Translations under genes and position numbers: made by a program
Notes under the pieces: generated by a model
Seen by the model: only the letters and a program-made list of their open reading frames with translations
Told to the model about the DNA's origin: nothing
Database searches by the model: none
Part shown: positions 61,100 to 64,000 of the stretch, piece after piece
How the letters are laid out: each line of letters starts with the position of its first letter
How positions within the stretch are numbered: the first letter of the stretch is position 1
NCBI RefSeq assembly: GCF_001194135.2
Contig: NC_068995.1
Span: 4,758,959-4,822,958 of the forward strand
Origin: Octopus bimaculoides
Lineage: Eukaryota
Direction: 5' to 3'
DNA: 64,000 nucleotides

Positions 61100-63560
61100 A
61101 GCTTGCCGTTCCACTCACAATCACAATCAGCACCACCATGACCACCACCGCTGATTTCTTTTTTGTTTTATATATATATTCGACTTGATGTTTCTCCGAG
61201 AAGAGTTTGACGAGGAGAGGGAAAGGAGTAGGTGATGACAACGATGACGGGGATGGAAGGGAGGGTTGTGAGGGAGTTAAGGATGGTGGTGAAGGGGGCG
61301 GGGCACTGATGATGACGACTGAGGTGATGGTGGCGAGGATGATGGCGATGGTCATGGTGGCGGGAGTGACGGTAGTGGCGATGGTAGGTGGTGGGGCTGA
61401 TGGCGATGACGAAGGGATTGGTATTGGCTATGGTAGGTGGCGATGCGGGTGGTTGTGGTAGTGATGGCGGTGACTGATGACAGTGATGATGATAATGATG
61501 ATGATGGATCCGAGAGAAAAGCGTGAGAGTCAAGGCTGACATATTGTCCCACATGTTAGGAATATAGGTTAAACGGTTACAATTTTTCCAAACACTTGGA
61601 ACGAATCTCGACATTCCGGAATGACATCGTCTCCGTCATCGATCTATCTTCTCACCCTCTCCACCTACCACACCACAGCCTAGTCCTTGAACCTCTTCAT
61701 ATCACATGCGTGTGTGAATTTCCTGGATCATAAGTTCGAAAATTTGTTACGAAAACCCACGCCATCTATTTCGGTTATAAATCATTAAAATGTGATAATT
61801 AAGAAAGATTAAGAGTTCAGTCTTTTTTTTTTTTTTGTTTCTGAACTTGATTCTAGAATCTTCTTGCAATTTTATTTGTGCTTTAACCATTTTCTTACCT
61901 TTACGGAGATGTACTTGCATAGCACGTGACCTGATCTGAGATCGTGTGCTGGAACGAAAACAATTGCAGCGTGGAAGGTGTTTATAAGCCATTTAAAATA
62001 ACACACAAAATCCGTTAGATTCACTTCAACATTTAAATTTAATTTGTCAAAATATTTTCGTCGCTTTGAGACCGCGACCTGTTCACTGAGCACAGAATTT
62101 TGTGTGTTATTTTAAATGGCTTATAAACACCTTCCACGCTGCAATTGTTTTCTTACCATTTTTCTATTAATATACATTGTTTCTGTTTAAATTAATTCTG
62201 GAGGTAATGAAGAACTTGATAAAATGTTTTTCACATTATTAGTGTTTGGAACATAAATTTGAGGGTAAAAGGCGACATGGCCACGGTTAGAATGTCTTCG
62301 ATCTTTGATCTGATTAAATAAAAGCCGACCTGGTTTGGAGCCATCAACAATAACATACAGCAAAGCAGGCAGAACGCCCACACAGTATCTCCCCTTATTT
62401 TGCAGGCGGTGGTGACGGTGGAGCTAGTGGTGGTGGTAGTGGTAGTGGTGGTAGTGGTGGTTGTGCTGGTGGTTATGGTGATGATGGTGACGAAGGTGGT
62501 GATGGCGGTGGTGGTGGTGGTGGTGATGGTAAGCAGGATGGTTGTGGTGTCGGAGGTGGTGGTCATGGTGATGGTGACGAAGGTGGTGGAAGAGACTAAT
62601 GGTTTCGGGGGTAGGTGTCGTAGTGGTTATAGTGGTGGCGACGACGACGACAATAGTTGCGGTGGTGGTCGTGGTCACGTTGTCTTGGTGTTGACATTAA
62701 CCTAGTCAACGAATGAAGTCCACCACGCGCGCGTACCTATGATAAACAGTAGGGTGCAAGGGCAAGTGACGACCTTACATAAATTGACAGGAAGTCCTTT
62801 TGACCCCAATCCGAAGGAGCTGATCAGCAGGAATCTGTCCCCTCCTTGCTTCCGGTTCATTAAAAATCGTCTCAGCCCGGCTTTTTACTTCCACCCAAAC
62901 AAGAAAACTCACGATGTTGTTGTCATTGTTGCAGTTGCTGTTGTTGTTGTTGTTGTCGCTAAGATTGTTGTTGTTGTTGATGCAGCTGCTGTTTTCTTTT
63001 CGTTGTGAGGTTTGGCACTTCGAGTTACGGAAAATCATGTTTTTAAAAAAAAATTTTTTTATTTTTCTTGTTTTTTTTTTAAATTTAAATTTTGACACCA
63101 AAGTTCATTTTGACGATTTGCGTTAATGACAATAAATCACTGAGAATTAATAATTGGTGTTCATTGTCATCGTCATCATTGTTACTGTCATCAACTCGAC
63201 CATCACCAGCATCGTCATCATCCCTGTCATCATTGTCGTCATCATCACCATCATCACTATTACTGTTGCCAGCCCTACCATGACCATCATCGCCATCATT
63301 ACTGTCGCCAACACGACCATCACCAACAGCGTCATCATCGCCGTCATCATCATCGTCATCATCACCCTCTTAAACATCATCACCACCATTATCGTCATCA
63401 TCAACGTCACCACCACCATCACCATCATCAACACTACCCTCATTATGATCATCTAAATATCGTCACACCTTCCTCCACATCCACCATCTTAATCCTTATT
63501 ATCACCACCATCACCATCACCATAACAACTGCCATCAACGTCATCCTCCTCCTTCTCTCC
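61100..63560. repeat. Field of degenerate trinucleotide microsatellites (GGT/GAT/CAC/CAT/GTT)
   Basis: Blocks at about 61100-61510, 62400-62680, 62910-63000 and 63160-63560. Similar blocks at 8320-8580 and 49490-49670. Confidence 0.95.
61750..62151. mobile_element. Non-autonomous DNA-transposon-like repeat containing a perfect 55-bp inverted duplication
   Basis: 61957-62011 is the exact reverse complement of 62097-62151. Confidence 0.5.
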
Positions 63561-64000
63561 CCCCCTCATTAGCATCATTATGAAAATAATTATTCGCTAT
63601 GTCCGACCACTCCTCAAATTTTATTATTCCTTCGACAAGTTTATGTCATGTCATTCGCCAGTCACACCCACCCTATTTCTCCTTACCCCGCTCTCACTCA
63701 CTCACTCACTCACTCTCTCTCTCTCTCTCTCTAACCTTCAATCCACCCGCCTCAACCCCACCCACCCCGTCCTGCCATTTCCTTTAAAACCATTTCCGCA
63801 GACACATTCATCCCAACAGTTCAACCGTGAATGATTATAATAGCAGCGCCATCTACCCAGACTATAATTAACTATAACTGCAGCGCCACCTGGTCAAACT
63901 GTAAAATGACTGTAACAGCAGTAGCGCCACCTGGTCAAACTAGATTAATAGATGAGGTCAACCAGACTAATTATACGTAACGTTAATTGAAACTCATTAC

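Noticed and set aside
60520-62910. Hydrophobic or open minus-strand snippets (SAMFIALATLIVGE..., DTVWAFCLLCCMLLLM..., 62778-62880 with a GTAAG donor)
   Set aside because: There is no consistent exon chain or family motif, and the snippets are embedded in low-complexity DNA.
1-64000. CRISPR arrays, rRNA, or prokaryotic operons (IS1595-like hits could suggest bacterial contamination)
   Set aside because: No repeat-spacer arrays or rRNA were seen. The transposases are decayed eukaryotic Merlin-type copies contiguous with spliceosomal genes and SINEs.

Overview
This is eukaryotic, AT-rich, microsatellite- and SINE-saturated DNA with many N gaps. The repeat families look like those of octopod cephalopods (inference, not a database hit). 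The one clear host gene is DONSON, the replisome/CMG assembly factor: + strand, 10 coding exons from 15662 to 27089, 1845 nt, 614 aa. It has an E2F-type element about 160 bp upstream of the ATG, a textbook U12-type (minor spliceosome) GT-AG intron at 25314-25667, and a possible extra 111-nt cassette exon. A second, spliced minus-strand transcript has exons at 6466-6532 and 5381-5495 and appears to run divergently from the DONSON promoter. Its splicing is shown directly by an intron-less 136-nt copy of the exon junction at a gap edge (14984-15119), which carries one A>G change in transcript sense. Downstream of DONSON, 29.4-39.4 kb is a dense block of degenerate DNA-transposon fragments (about 7 Merlin/IS1595-family transposase remnants plus a Helitron PIF1 helicase), all on the minus strand and including a 1.3-kb tandem duplication. 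The rest is SINEs, MITEs (piggyBac-, hAT-, Merlin- and TA-TSD types), LINE and Tc1 scraps, and simple repeats. No rRNA, true tRNA or CRISPR was seen. Repeat coordinates are approximate unless TSDs or TIRs are quoted.
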